35,569 nt of DNA from a virus (IMGVR_UViG_3300047279_000042:1-35569); one strand, 5' to 3'. Counted from the first letter of the stretch, positions 8,480 to 16,472 are shown. The notes: a model not told the origin generated them from the letters alone. Numbers and translations are program-made.

Positions 8480-10630
8480 GTGACCATCTTAACTGAAACA
8501 CCCCTGCCAGATACATTCAGCCAGTCCCAAGTATTGGCCTGCAAGATTGGCGCTGTCGCCCCAGATGCAGTCTTCTGCACCTTTGCCCTACAAGGCTCTA
8601 AGAAAATCCCCTACAAGCGGTCTGGCCAAGGTGTGGCACGGGATACAGACCCCACTGACCTCTACAACGCTGAAGACATTTGGGCCATGGAGTCATGCCC
8701 TCATGGCCAGTACCTTGGCCTAGTGCAGCAGCGCCCAATCATCAGCGCATCAGGCAATTATTTGGTTTGCCTTGATGTGGACATGAAGCACGCAAGTGGC
8801 CCCACCAACGTGGCCATCCAGCGCATGGCCAAGTATGTCAAAACCAACAAGATGCTGACCGAGGTCTCGGTCTCAGGCCGTGGCCGTCATGTCTTCTTAT
8901 GGGTCCAACCGCCCAAAGAATCTGACCAAGTGCTGCCGAAGTACAAACTCGGTGGCGGCCAAGAATTAGAAGTATTTGGCCTCCCAAACAGTGCCGGCAA
9001 GTCAGTGCTACTTTCTGGCAATCAATTGGTGGGTGAATTCCAAGAGGCCGTGGACCTTTATGCCTTGCTCCAAGACTGGGGCATCATTGAGCAGCACCAG
9101 CTGCAAGAGCCAAAGCCAGCAGCGCCACCCACACAATCGTTTGACTTCACCCAATTAGGCTCAAGACTTGAAGACAGCGACCTTGATCGCGCAGTCAAGG
9201 CTTTGCACCACATTTCCCCAGACTGCGACTATGACCAGTGGATTGAGCTGGGCCAAGCGCTGCATACAGAATTCGGAGAGGCTGGCCTTGGCCCATGGAT
9301 GACATGGTCCATGGCCGGCAACAAGTTTGCAGGCTTAAAAGATATTGAGACCCACTGGAAGAGCTTTCACCAGGGCAAGGGTGTTGGCATTGGCACACTC
9401 TTCAAGCACGCCAAGGACTGTGGCTGGGAAGCCCCAACCAAACAGACCGAGCGCAACTCAGCGGTGCAAGACTTTGCAGCAGTGATCAGTCAGGCCCAAG
9501 GGGATGCACCAGTGGCCCAAGACGCACCACAAGGCTGGCCAGAGCGCACATTGACCATTGGCCAGATCAAGCCTATCCGCTACATGGTCAAAGGCTTCTG
9601 GGCGCATAGTTTCATGGTCCTTGCCGGTCAGCCTGGCATTGGCAAGACCACAGCGGTCATCTCTTTATGCATGGTCATGGCCGGACTACAGGCCAAGGAC
9701 TGCGAACTCACAGCCACCAAGAAACGCAAAACAATCATAGTGACTGAAGACTCTGACCAGGTAGAACGCACACTCACTGGATATTCACGCCATTATGGGA
9801 TCAGTGCCAGTGAACTCTCCAATTGGTTTGTCATTATCGATGCCAAGAGAAGCCAAGTTAAAGACTTACTCATGCTTGCACATAATGTGATTCACCACAC
9901 AATAGATAATGTCCGGCCATTATTAGTATTAGACACGGCCAACGCAACAATGGATATTGATAATGAGAATGACAACTCAGAAGTGGGTGCATATATTGCC
10001 GCCCTAAAGCAGACAATCTACATCCAGCTGGACACGCCAGTTTGCATCATCACACACACCAACAAGACCATATCTAAGGCCGACTCAGATGCCACTGCCC
10101 GTGGAGCCTCTGCATTCACAGGTGATGCAACCCTGACCGGTGTTCTCTTTGAAGATGAGACTAAGACCCGTTATATGCGCCTGGTCAAAACAAGATATCA
10201 GCCAAATTTTAGAGAAATCAAGTTCAACTCCGATGTCTTTGCTGACACTGTCCTTGATGAAGATGGCGATATTCAAGAGCAGATGGTTCTTTTGGTCGTG
10301 CCAGCCATGTCCTCGGAAGAAGACCGAAGGCAGGCAGCCAACGACAGACAGAACGACAAAAAACAACAACAAGTCCAAGATGCCGCAGACGCTGCCTGCA
10401 ACTTTGTCCAGTCCATCATCAATGCCAAAGGCGCTGTCATCATGCGCAGAGGTTCTGGCCGGCCAAGTGTCCCAAAAGAAATGCAATCAATGCACCAGCT
10501 GGAATGGGCTGACATCTATCAGGCCGTGCCAGTGGCTGACCAAAGCTATGCGAGAAAGGCCGTTAGCAGTGCCATTTTTCAGCGCTTTGCATTGGACCAG
10601 TCAAGCTCTGGATGGGTTCAAATAAAGTAA
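8480..10630 (+). CDS. Primase-polymerase (AEP) + PriCT-2 + AAA_25/RecA-type helicase fusion
   Basis: AEP motifs CLDVD and EVSVSGRGRH; PriCT-2-like DYDQWIELGQAL..W..WS..W.SF..G.GTL..AK..GW; Walker A GQPGIGKT, Walker B LVLDT and HTNK..RGASAFTGDA. Likely start is GTG 8480 after AAAGGAA (track start 8453). Confidence 0.88.
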   Translation: MTILTETPLPDTFSQSQVLACKIGAVAPDAVFCTFALQGSKKIPYKRSGQGVARDTDPTDLYNAEDIWAMESCPHGQYLGLVQQRPIISASGNYLVCLDVDMKHASGPTNVAIQRMAKYVKTNKMLTEVSVSGRGRHVFLWVQPPKESDQVLPKYKLGGGQELEVFGLPNSAGKSVLLSGNQLVGEFQEAVDLYALLQDWGIIEQHQLQEPKPAAPPTQSFDFTQLGSRLEDSDLDRAVKALHHISPDCDYDQWIELGQALHTEFGEAGLGPWMTWSMAGNKFAGLKDIETHWKSFHQGKGVGIGTLFKHAKDCGWEAPTKQTERNSAVQDFAAVISQAQGDAPVAQDAPQGWPERTLTIGQIKPIRYMVKGFWAHSFMVLAGQPGIGKTTAVISLCMVMAGLQAKDCELTATKKRKTIIVTEDSDQVERTLTGYSRHYGISASELSNWFVIIDAKRSQVKDLLMLAHNVIHHTIDNVRPLLVLDTANATMDIDNENDNSEVGAYIAALKQTIYIQLDTPVCIITHTNKTISKADSDATARGASAFTGDATLTGVLFEDETKTRYMRLVKTRYQPNFREIKFNSDVFADTVLDEDGDIQEQMVLLVVPAMSSEEDRRQAANDRQNDKKQQQVQDAADAACNFVQSIINAKGAVIMRRGSGRPSVPKEMQSMHQLEWADIYQAVPVADQSYARKAVSSAIFQRFALDQSSSGWVQIK

Positions 10631-10808
10631 ACCGGTAAACCGGTAGTAAACCGGTAGTAAACCGGTATACCGGTTTAGATAAAGGCAGGTCTGTTGGTAT
10701 AAGTGGGGGTCGTAGACCCACTTATCCACAGGCCAATCTGGTCAGTTTTGGGATAGTCAAAAGTAAAGCGGTAAAGCGGTAGATTTCCTTTGTCCATACC
10801 GGTTTACT
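10626..10808. repeat. Iteron-like array, putative replication origin
   Basis: ACCGGT at 10631, 10639, 10650, 10661 and 10669, mostly within GTAAACCGGT units; perfect 20-bp palindrome at 10658-10677; variant AGTAAAGCGGTAAAGCGGTA at 10762-10781; inverted copy at 10796-10808; directly after the primase stop. Confidence 0.75.
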
Positions 10809-10862
10809 TTTCACCCTTTTTGGAGTTTTTACATGGTCAATCAAATTGCTCAGTTATCCACA
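10722..10862 (+). promoter_or_regulatory. DnaA boxes, cluster 1
   Basis: Perfect TTATCCACA at 10722-10730 and 10854-10862. Confidence 0.6.
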
Positions 10863-11177
10863 GGTTGTACACAATTAGAGAAATTCGTGGAAGATGAGCG
10901 CGTTTTTTGCCACCAGTGCAGTAAAGCGGTAAACGTGGAGCAGCGCCTGTCCATGCCGGCAGAGCAGTTGGAGAGGCACAGGAAGGTCAACGCAAAGCCA
11001 CTGCACTGGATGCTGCAAGAGGCCAAGCTGAAAAACGGATGGGCAACAGTTAAGTGGTCCGAACACCAGTGCGGCCAGACCGGCCTCGCGGCATTCCCAA
11101 CCGATGTCAAGCACCGATGCCATATGTTCCAGACCAAAGCCTCGGCAGTAGAATCCGAAGAATGGTGGTTGACTTAA
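10833..11177 (+). CDS. Cys-rich hypothetical protein (possible Zn-binding)
   Basis: GGAG RBS; CHQC...C..H.C pattern. Confidence 0.6.
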   Translation: MVNQIAQLSTGCTQLEKFVEDERVFCHQCSKAVNVEQRLSMPAEQLERHRKVNAKPLHWMLQEAKLKNGWATVKWSEHQCGQTGLAAFPTDVKHRCHMFQTKASAVESEEWWLT

Positions 11178-11560
11178 AACGCAAACGAAAAAGCATTGAA
11201 CACATTGACCAGGTCAAAGTGGTCCAACACTTTCGAGCGTTTTATCCAGACATCATCATTGCAGCAATACCCAATGGAGGCGATAGAACGGCCTCAGAGC
11301 GCGTTAGATTGCATTCTGAAGGGGTTTTGGCAGGGATGCCTGATCTATGCGTCTTGGAGCCTAAAAACGGCTTTCATGCGTTATTTGTGGAAATGAAGAC
11401 CAAGGCCGGTGTGGTTTCAAGCAAACAAAGTGCAGTGGGTTTGCAGTTAAATGCAAAAGGGTATCGAGCAGTGGTCGCCAGATCAGCTGCCGAAGCAATC
11501 AAATCAATCGAGGAATATCTGAATGGCAACACCAAAAAAGAGTGCAAAGACATTGAGTGA
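11162..11560 (+). CDS. VRR-NUC domain nuclease
   Basis: EHIDQ..IPNGG.R..EGV.AG.PDL..LFVEMKT..G..S..Q..GY...VARS; probable start ATG 11162 (track start 11054). Confidence 0.9.
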   Translation: MVVDLKRKRKSIEHIDQVKVVQHFRAFYPDIIIAAIPNGGDRTASERVRLHSEGVLAGMPDLCVLEPKNGFHALFVEMKTKAGVVSSKQSAVGLQLNAKGYRAVVARSAAEAIKSIEEYLNGNTKKECKDIE

Positions 11561-12038
11561 GTTAGCCGACAACATTGTCGAGCGCCAGCTCACACTGCGT
11601 GACCAAGCTGCAATTGATCGCAAAGAGATGTCAGGAATCAATAAGAAAATTCACGCCTTTGGCGGTGAAGCCATGCTCTTTGACCATATCTCACAAGGAA
11701 AAACAACCGATTCAGTGATTAAGTCTCTGGGCATCAGCATCGGTGGTTTCTACAAATGGATCGAAAAAGATGGCAAGCGGGGAGAGCTGCTTGCTCGCGC
11801 ACGCACGCGAGGTGGTCGAAGTTTAGCAGAGCAGACCCTCGAAATTGCAGACAGTGCAAGCCCTCAAGACGCGCAAGTGGCCAAGCTGAGAGTGGATACA
11901 AGACGCTGGCTGGCCTCTAAGCAGGCTCCAGATGAGTATGGTGACAAGCAGCAGCCCCTGGTCAATATCGACCTTGGAAGCATGGCGCTTGATGCCCTGC
12001 GTAAGCGATCTGTCGTGTCACTAGACGATTCTGCATAA
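11523..12038 (+). CDS. terS: Terminase small subunit (Sf6-type)
   Basis: HTH followed by ARAR..LAEQTLEIAD..VAKLRVDTRRWLASK.AP..YGDK; GAGGA RBS. Confidence 0.85.
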   Translation: MATPKKSAKTLSELADNIVERQLTLRDQAAIDRKEMSGINKKIHAFGGEAMLFDHISQGKTTDSVIKSLGISIGGFYKWIEKDGKRGELLARARTRGGRSLAEQTLEIADSASPQDAQVAKLRVDTRRWLASKQAPDEYGDKQQPLVNIDLGSMALDALRKRSVVSLDDSA

Positions 12039-12085
12039 ATGAATACCGAAGCATTCAGCTACTTTATACAATGGCCATTATGTTA

Positions 12086-12186
12086 AGTGGATAGCTCGTT
12101 ATCCACAGAATTAAGTGCATCAAAGTATTACAAGCCTACTTATGCACAGAAATCTGTGGATAAAGTTAGCCAAAATCCGTGGATAA
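12086..12186. promoter_or_regulatory. DnaA boxes, cluster 2 (intergenic)
   Basis: TTATCCACA 12099-12107, TTATGCACA 12140-12148, TGTGGATAA 12155-12163 (inverted), CGTGGATAA 12178-12186 (1 mismatch), AGTGGATAG 12086-12094 (2 mismatches). Confidence 0.7.
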
Positions 12187-12364
12187 CCCAGCGGTGGCCG
12201 GCTGGCGGTCGGTGGCCACGACCCCCCCTTGGCCGGTTTGGCGGGGGCGACTGTGGCGGCACTAAACAGCTACAAAAAAAATTTTTAAAAAATTTAAAAA
12301 TCTAACTTACCAAACAAGTCAAATTGTGCAAAAATGTCAACTCCACAAACAACGCGAGAACCCT

Positions 12365-12529
12365 ATGCAAACGAAGCAAGCGACAGTCACAATTGATGAC
12401 CAGGAGTGGATCGTCTTAGACACTGATGAGACTAAAGACAAGAAAGTGTTTTGCGCCTTGGGCAAGCCAGACAGTACGATTGTTTGGCACACTTGGGTGG
12501 ACATTAACAAGATTGTGGGGATAATATGA
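12365..12529 (+). CDS. Small hypothetical protein (54 aa)
   Basis: ATG 12365 after GAGAA; ATGA-coupled to the next gene. Confidence 0.6.
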   Translation: MQTKQATVTIDDQEWIVLDTDETKDKKVFCALGKPDSTIVWHTWVDINKIVGII

Positions 12530-12687
12530 ATATCAGTTTATTAACCAAAGTCAGGCAATTATTTAATGTCGAATATGTACCACGTAGCACGAATAGACAT
12601 AATCAGAAGCAATATATTAAAGCGATTAGATTATTAGGTGATAAGTGGTTAACGCACCCACATAATAAAATTCAGAGAATACAGTGA
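12526..12687 (+). CDS. Small basic hypothetical protein (53 aa, MNISLLTKVRQLF...RLLGDKWL...), not in ORF track
   Basis: Translated by hand; 4-nt overlaps with both neighbours; GGGG RBS; AT-rich. Confidence 0.65.
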   Translation: MNISLLTKVRQLFNVEYVPRSTNRHNQKQYIKAIRLLGDKWLTHPHNKIQRIQ

Positions 12688-12899
12688 TTATTATTTATTT
12701 AATCATTGCGGTTAATGTTTTATTCATTGCTTGGCTGGTGTGGAAGTATTTGAGCCAAAAGAAAGAGCAGCCCCCCACTGGTCCGGCCTGTGGGCTAATA
12801 CTAAGGACATGGGTGAGTGAGCATGATTTTTTTGACAGGAAGTGTCCACCATGTCATCAGAACTGTGAGCAGGGCAGGACTTGTCCGGCAAGGGTATGA
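12684..12899 (+). CDS. Membrane-anchored protein with C-terminal Cys motif (CPPCHQNCEQGRTCPAR)
   Basis: GTGA-coupled start; N-terminal TM helix; Cys-rich tail. Confidence 0.65.
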   Translation: MIIIYLIIAVNVLFIAWLVWKYLSQKKEQPPTGPACGLILRTWVSEHDFFDRKCPPCHQNCEQGRTCPARV

Positions 12900-13090
12900 A
12901 GAGTAACTTTGTGAATAATCATGTGAGATTGAACGGGAACGTGCATGGCCATAAATTACGGCTTTGTAATAAATGCGAAGAGATGAAGCCACCCGAGGGT
13001 GGTGTGCAGATGTCTAGGTCGCGGTGGATTTGTGCATCGTGCTGGACCGATAGGGTGACCAGTCAGAACTTTAAGGGGATGGCCAAATGA
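12896..13090 (+). CDS. Small Zn-finger protein (CxxC...CxxC)
   Basis: CNKC and CASC motifs; ATGA overlaps at both ends. Confidence 0.65.
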   Translation: MKSNFVNNHVRLNGNVHGHKLRLCNKCEEMKPPEGGVQMSRSRWICASCWTDRVTSQNFKGMAK

Positions 13091-13290
13091 CTGATTTGTT
13101 GACTGCGCTGCACTTGGCGGTGGTGATACTGGATTTGAAGATTCGCATGATGGAGGCGATCAATGAGGAGATGTTTGATTTGGCGATGACGTATCACTTG
13201 CTGATACTGGTCAGGACTGATGAGCTAGAGGCGCATAAGTGGGCGATGAGTCCGAAGGCTTGGGTTATGTATGAGACGATCCACCCATGA
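13087..13290 (+). CDS. Hypothetical protein (67 aa)
   Basis: AGGGGA RBS; ATGA-coupled to terL. Confidence 0.6.
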   Translation: MTDLLTALHLAVVILDLKIRMMEAINEEMFDLAMTYHLLILVRTDELEAHKWAMSPKAWVMYETIHP

Positions 13291-14696
13291 GTAAAGAGAA
13301 TGTGTTTGCCCAGTGGGTGGAGAGGTATCAGCCGGACCCTGTGCTATTTGTGCGGGAGGTGCTGGGGGTTGACCCTGACCCGTGGCAAGTGAAGTTTCTT
13401 GGGGCCATTGCCCGTGGGGATAGGAAGATATCTGTGAGGTCTGGCCACGGGGTGGGAAAGAGTACGGCAAGCAGCTGGGCCATGCTCTGGTACTTTATGA
13501 CTAGATCGCCTGTCAAGGTGGTGGTGACTGCACCGACAAGCAGCCAGTTATACGATGCCATGTTTGCAGAGCTAAAGAGATGGATCAACGCGATGCCTTT
13601 GCCCTTGCAGGGGTTATTGACTGTCAAGCAGGAGAGGATTGAATTCAATGCCGCACCGACTGAGATGTTTATATCGGCAAGGACAAGTCGGGCCGAGCAG
13701 CCGGAAGCCTTGCAGGGGATTCACTCAGAGAATGTGATGCTGGTGGCCGATGAGGCTTCTGGTGTGCCAGAGCAAGTGTTCGAGGCGGCTGCTGGCTCGA
13801 TGTCTGGCCACAATGCGGTGACGCTGCTTTTGGGGAATCCGGTGCGAAGCTCTGGATTCTTTTACGACACCCACACACGACTTGCTGATGAGTGGACCAC
13901 ATTCCAAGTGGCGTGTACGGACTCGCCACGGGTGTCAGATGAGTACGTCAAAGAGATGGCCATGCGCTATGGCGAGGAGAGTAACGTCTACCGGATCAGG
14001 GTGATCGGGGAGTTTCCCAAGGGCGATGACGACACTGTCATTGCCATGGACTTGCTGGAGAGTGCCGTGAATCGGGATGTCGCGCCAAGTGACTACGCGC
14101 CCATGCTATGGGGCTTGGATGTGGCAAGGTTTGGGAGCGATAGGTCAGCGCTGTGCAAGCGCCAAGGGAATGCGGTCACTGAGAATATCCGGACATGGAA
14201 GAATTTGGACCTGATGCAACTGACTGGCGCGGTGGTGGCCGAGTATCAGGCGCTGGCCCCAAGTGCGCAGCCTAAAGAGATTCTGGTCGACTCGATTGGA
14301 TTAGGTGCTGGGGTGGTGGACCGGCTCAGAGAGCTGGGCCTGCCGGCCAGAGGGATCAATGTCAGTGAATCACCCGCGATGGGTGGAACGTACAGGAATC
14401 TGAAGGCTGAACTTTGGTACAAGGCGAGAGCTTGGCTTGAGGCCAGAGACTGCAAGATGCCAAAGGATGAGGTGCTTATTGCTGAACTGGCCACAGTGCG
14501 GTACTCATTCACCAGCAACGGCAAGATCGCCATTGAGGGGAAAGACGAGATCAAGAGGCGCGGTCTGCCAAGCCCAGACAAGGCCGATGCCTTTGTCCTG
14601 ACGTTTGCCAGTGATGCAATGGCGGGGATGTACGGGTCTGGTGGAAGCAATAAGTGGAGCCAGCCCCTGCGCAGAAACCTTGTCAGGGTTGCATAA
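13287..14696 (+). CDS. terL: Terminase large subunit
   Basis: Walker A VRSGHGVGKS, Walker B LVADEASG, coupling motif LGNP, and RNase H-like GLDVARFGSD / VDSIGLG / SPDKADA. Confidence 0.95.
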   Translation: MSKENVFAQWVERYQPDPVLFVREVLGVDPDPWQVKFLGAIARGDRKISVRSGHGVGKSTASSWAMLWYFMTRSPVKVVVTAPTSSQLYDAMFAELKRWINAMPLPLQGLLTVKQERIEFNAAPTEMFISARTSRAEQPEALQGIHSENVMLVADEASGVPEQVFEAAAGSMSGHNAVTLLLGNPVRSSGFFYDTHTRLADEWTTFQVACTDSPRVSDEYVKEMAMRYGEESNVYRIRVIGEFPKGDDDTVIAMDLLESAVNRDVAPSDYAPMLWGLDVARFGSDRSALCKRQGNAVTENIRTWKNLDLMQLTGAVVAEYQALAPSAQPKEILVDSIGLGAGVVDRLRELGLPARGINVSESPAMGGTYRNLKAELWYKARAWLEARDCKMPKDEVLIAELATVRYSFTSNGKIAIEGKDEIKRRGLPSPDKADAFVLTFASDAMAGMYGSGGSNKWSQPLRRNLVRVA

Positions 14697-14728
14697 TTCG
14701 GGTATTGACAACCACATGGGGATTTGAA

Positions 14729-15043
14729 ATGAGTAAATTGACAAGAGACGACAATGGTCAGGTGGCGACATTTGGCAGGCCAGGCGTGAGCCAAGTGATC
14801 ACTGTTGGTGCAACAAGCTCACAGTCAAACGCTGTGGCAGCTGACTGCACGATTGTGCGTTTGGCCAATATCAATTCAGCGCCTTTATTCTTTGCGGTGG
14901 GTACAAACCCAACAGCTACGACAACGACCAGCGCCATGCTGCCGGTCAATGCGGTGGAATACATCGCAGTCAATGGCGGTGACAAGATCGCGGTGATTCG
15001 CGGTGCAACAGCCACTGATGTGTGCATCACACAAATTATTTAA
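14729..15043 (+). CDS. Small beta-rich virion-type protein, paralog 1 (104 aa)
   Basis: Start ATG 14729 after GGGGA; aligns end to end with the next gene. Confidence 0.7.
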   Translation: MSKLTRDDNGQVATFGRPGVSQVITVGATSSQSNAVAADCTIVRLANINSAPLFFAVGTNPTATTTTSAMLPVNAVEYIAVNGGDKIAVIRGATATDVCITQII

Positions 15044-15052
15044 GGGGCTGAC

Positions 15053-15364
15053 ATGTCAAAACTTGCACGCGATGACAATGGCCAGCTATGCACCTTTGGC
15101 CGCCTTGGCACGAGCCAGGTAATTGCTGTCACATCTACCAGCCAGCAGTCCAGCGCATTTGGAGCTGGAACGACCATTGTTCGACTGGCTAACACAAGCA
15201 CAGCGCACATCCATTATGAAGTGGCTGCAAACCCAACAGCCAGCACCAGCACATCGGAGTGCCTGCCAATCAATACTGTGGAATATATTGAGGTCACTCC
15301 TGGCCACAAGATTGCTGTGGTGTGCGGCACGACCAGCACATTTTCTGTGACTCAAATTGTTTAA
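15053..15364 (+). CDS. Small beta-rich virion-type protein, paralog 2 (103 aa)
   Basis: AAGGGG RBS; shares MSKL.RDDNGQ..TFGR.G.SQVI...LP.N.VEYI.V..G.KIAV with paralog 1. Confidence 0.7.
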   Translation: MSKLARDDNGQLCTFGRLGTSQVIAVTSTSQQSSAFGAGTTIVRLANTSTAHIHYEVAANPTASTSTSECLPINTVEYIEVTPGHKIAVVCGTTSTFSVTQIV

Positions 15365-15374
15365 GGAAAACACC

Positions 15375-15563
15375 ATGAAAGCAATGTCTAAAGCGCAAAA
15401 GAAGGTCGGCTCAGTAATGAAAGAGTTTGGCTCTGGCAAGCTGCACAGCGGCAAGGGTGGGCCAGTGGTCAAGAATCCCAAGCAGGCCATTGCCATTGCA
15501 ATGTCTGAGGCAAAGATGCCCATGCGCGGTCAGCGCACGGCAAAAAACAAGGCGAAAAAATAA
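15375..15563 (+). CDS. Small basic protein (DUF6496-like)
   Basis: KVGSVMKEFGSGKLHSGKGGPVVKNPKQAIAIAMSEA motif; AAGGA RBS. Confidence 0.7.
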   Translation: MKAMSKAQKKVGSVMKEFGSGKLHSGKGGPVVKNPKQAIAIAMSEAKMPMRGQRTAKNKAKK

Positions 15564-16036
15564 TGGCTACTCTAAAACGCACCATGCGCCAGGTCATGGA
15601 CAAAGAAGAGGGCGAGGACATGGAGGGCGGTGAGAACTGCCCCATGCCTACGCAAGACATTACCCTCAACCTAAAAAACCGCGCCAAGGCAATCACCAGC
15701 GCGGCCTATGGTCCTGAGAATCCCAAGCTGCCAAACGAGGCTTTTTGGCGTAAGAAGGCAGACCAGTGGGATGTCAGCATGGATGACGCAAAGCAGAGCC
15801 TATGCGGTAACTGCGCGGCTTTCAACGTATCCGATAAGCTCAAAGAGTGCATTGCGCAAGGTATTGGCATGGAAGCAGACCCATGGGGAACGATCAAGTT
15901 GGCCGATCTGGGTTACTGCGAGATTTTCGACTTCAAGTGTGCGGCCAGCCGGACTTGCGATGCATGGGTGGTGGGTGGACCCAACACTGGCGAGCAAGAG
16001 GGTGAAGACATGGAAGATGAAGGGGAAGAGGAATGA
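15563..16036 (+). CDS. Conserved hypothetical protein with Cys cluster and acidic termini
   Basis: CGNCAAF..GYC..F.C...RTCDAW; coupled to both neighbours. Confidence 0.75.
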   Translation: MATLKRTMRQVMDKEEGEDMEGGENCPMPTQDITLNLKNRAKAITSAAYGPENPKLPNEAFWRKKADQWDVSMDDAKQSLCGNCAAFNVSDKLKECIAQGIGMEADPWGTIKLADLGYCEIFDFKCAASRTCDAWVVGGPNTGEQEGEDMEDEGEEE

Positions 16037-16185
16037 AAGGGCTATATGCAAACATTCATGCAAAACGCGAAAGAATTGCTGCTGGCAGCAAAGAGAAAAT
16101 GCGCAAGCCTGGGGCAAAGGGTGCGCCAAGCGCTTCAGACTTTAAAGCAGCGGCTAAAACCGCCAAGCCAGTGAAAAAGAAATGA
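16033..16185 (+). CDS. Small basic protein (50 aa, MKGLYANIHAKRERIAAGSKEKMRKPG...), not in ORF track
   Basis: Translated by hand; ATGA overlaps at both ends; very Lys/Arg-rich. Confidence 0.75.
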   Translation: MKGLYANIHAKRERIAAGSKEKMRKPGAKGAPSASDFKAAAKTAKPVKKK

Positions 16186-16472
16186 AGACCCCAGCCTGGC
16201 AGCGTAAAGAGGGCAAAAGCCCATCTGGCGGGTTAAACGCCAAGGGCCGTGCCAGCGCAAAGGCGCAGGGTATGGACCTCAAAGCGCCCGTCAAATCAGG
16301 CGACAATCCAAGGCGTGCCAGCTTCTTGGCGCGAATGGGCAATATGCCTGGGCCTGAGATGAAGGGCGGTGAGCCGACACGGCTGCTGCTGAGTCTCAAG
16401 GCATGGGGCGCAAGCTCCAAGGCCGATGCCAAGGCAAAAGCCAAAGCAATATCTGCAAGGAACAAAAAATGA
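16182..16472 (+). CDS. Small basic protein (DUF6321-like)
   Basis: AWQRKEGK.P.GGLNAKGRAS...RRASFLARM...SL.AW motif; ATGA coupling. Confidence 0.7.
   Translation: MKTPAWQRKEGKSPSGGLNAKGRASAKAQGMDLKAPVKSGDNPRRASFLARMGNMPGPEMKGGEPTRLLLSLKAWGASSKADAKAKAKAISARNKK

Noticed and set aside
10626-10680. CRISPR array
   Set aside because: Units are 8-11 bp with no unique spacers, which fits iterons rather than CRISPR repeats.
12087-12305. 72-aa ORF after terS
   Set aside because: It runs through the DnaA boxes and GC/AT low-complexity blocks, has no clear RBS, and its composition is not protein-like.
14705-14735. Sigma70 late promoter at TTGACA 14705
   Set aside because: No acceptable -10 hexamer at 16-18 nt spacing.
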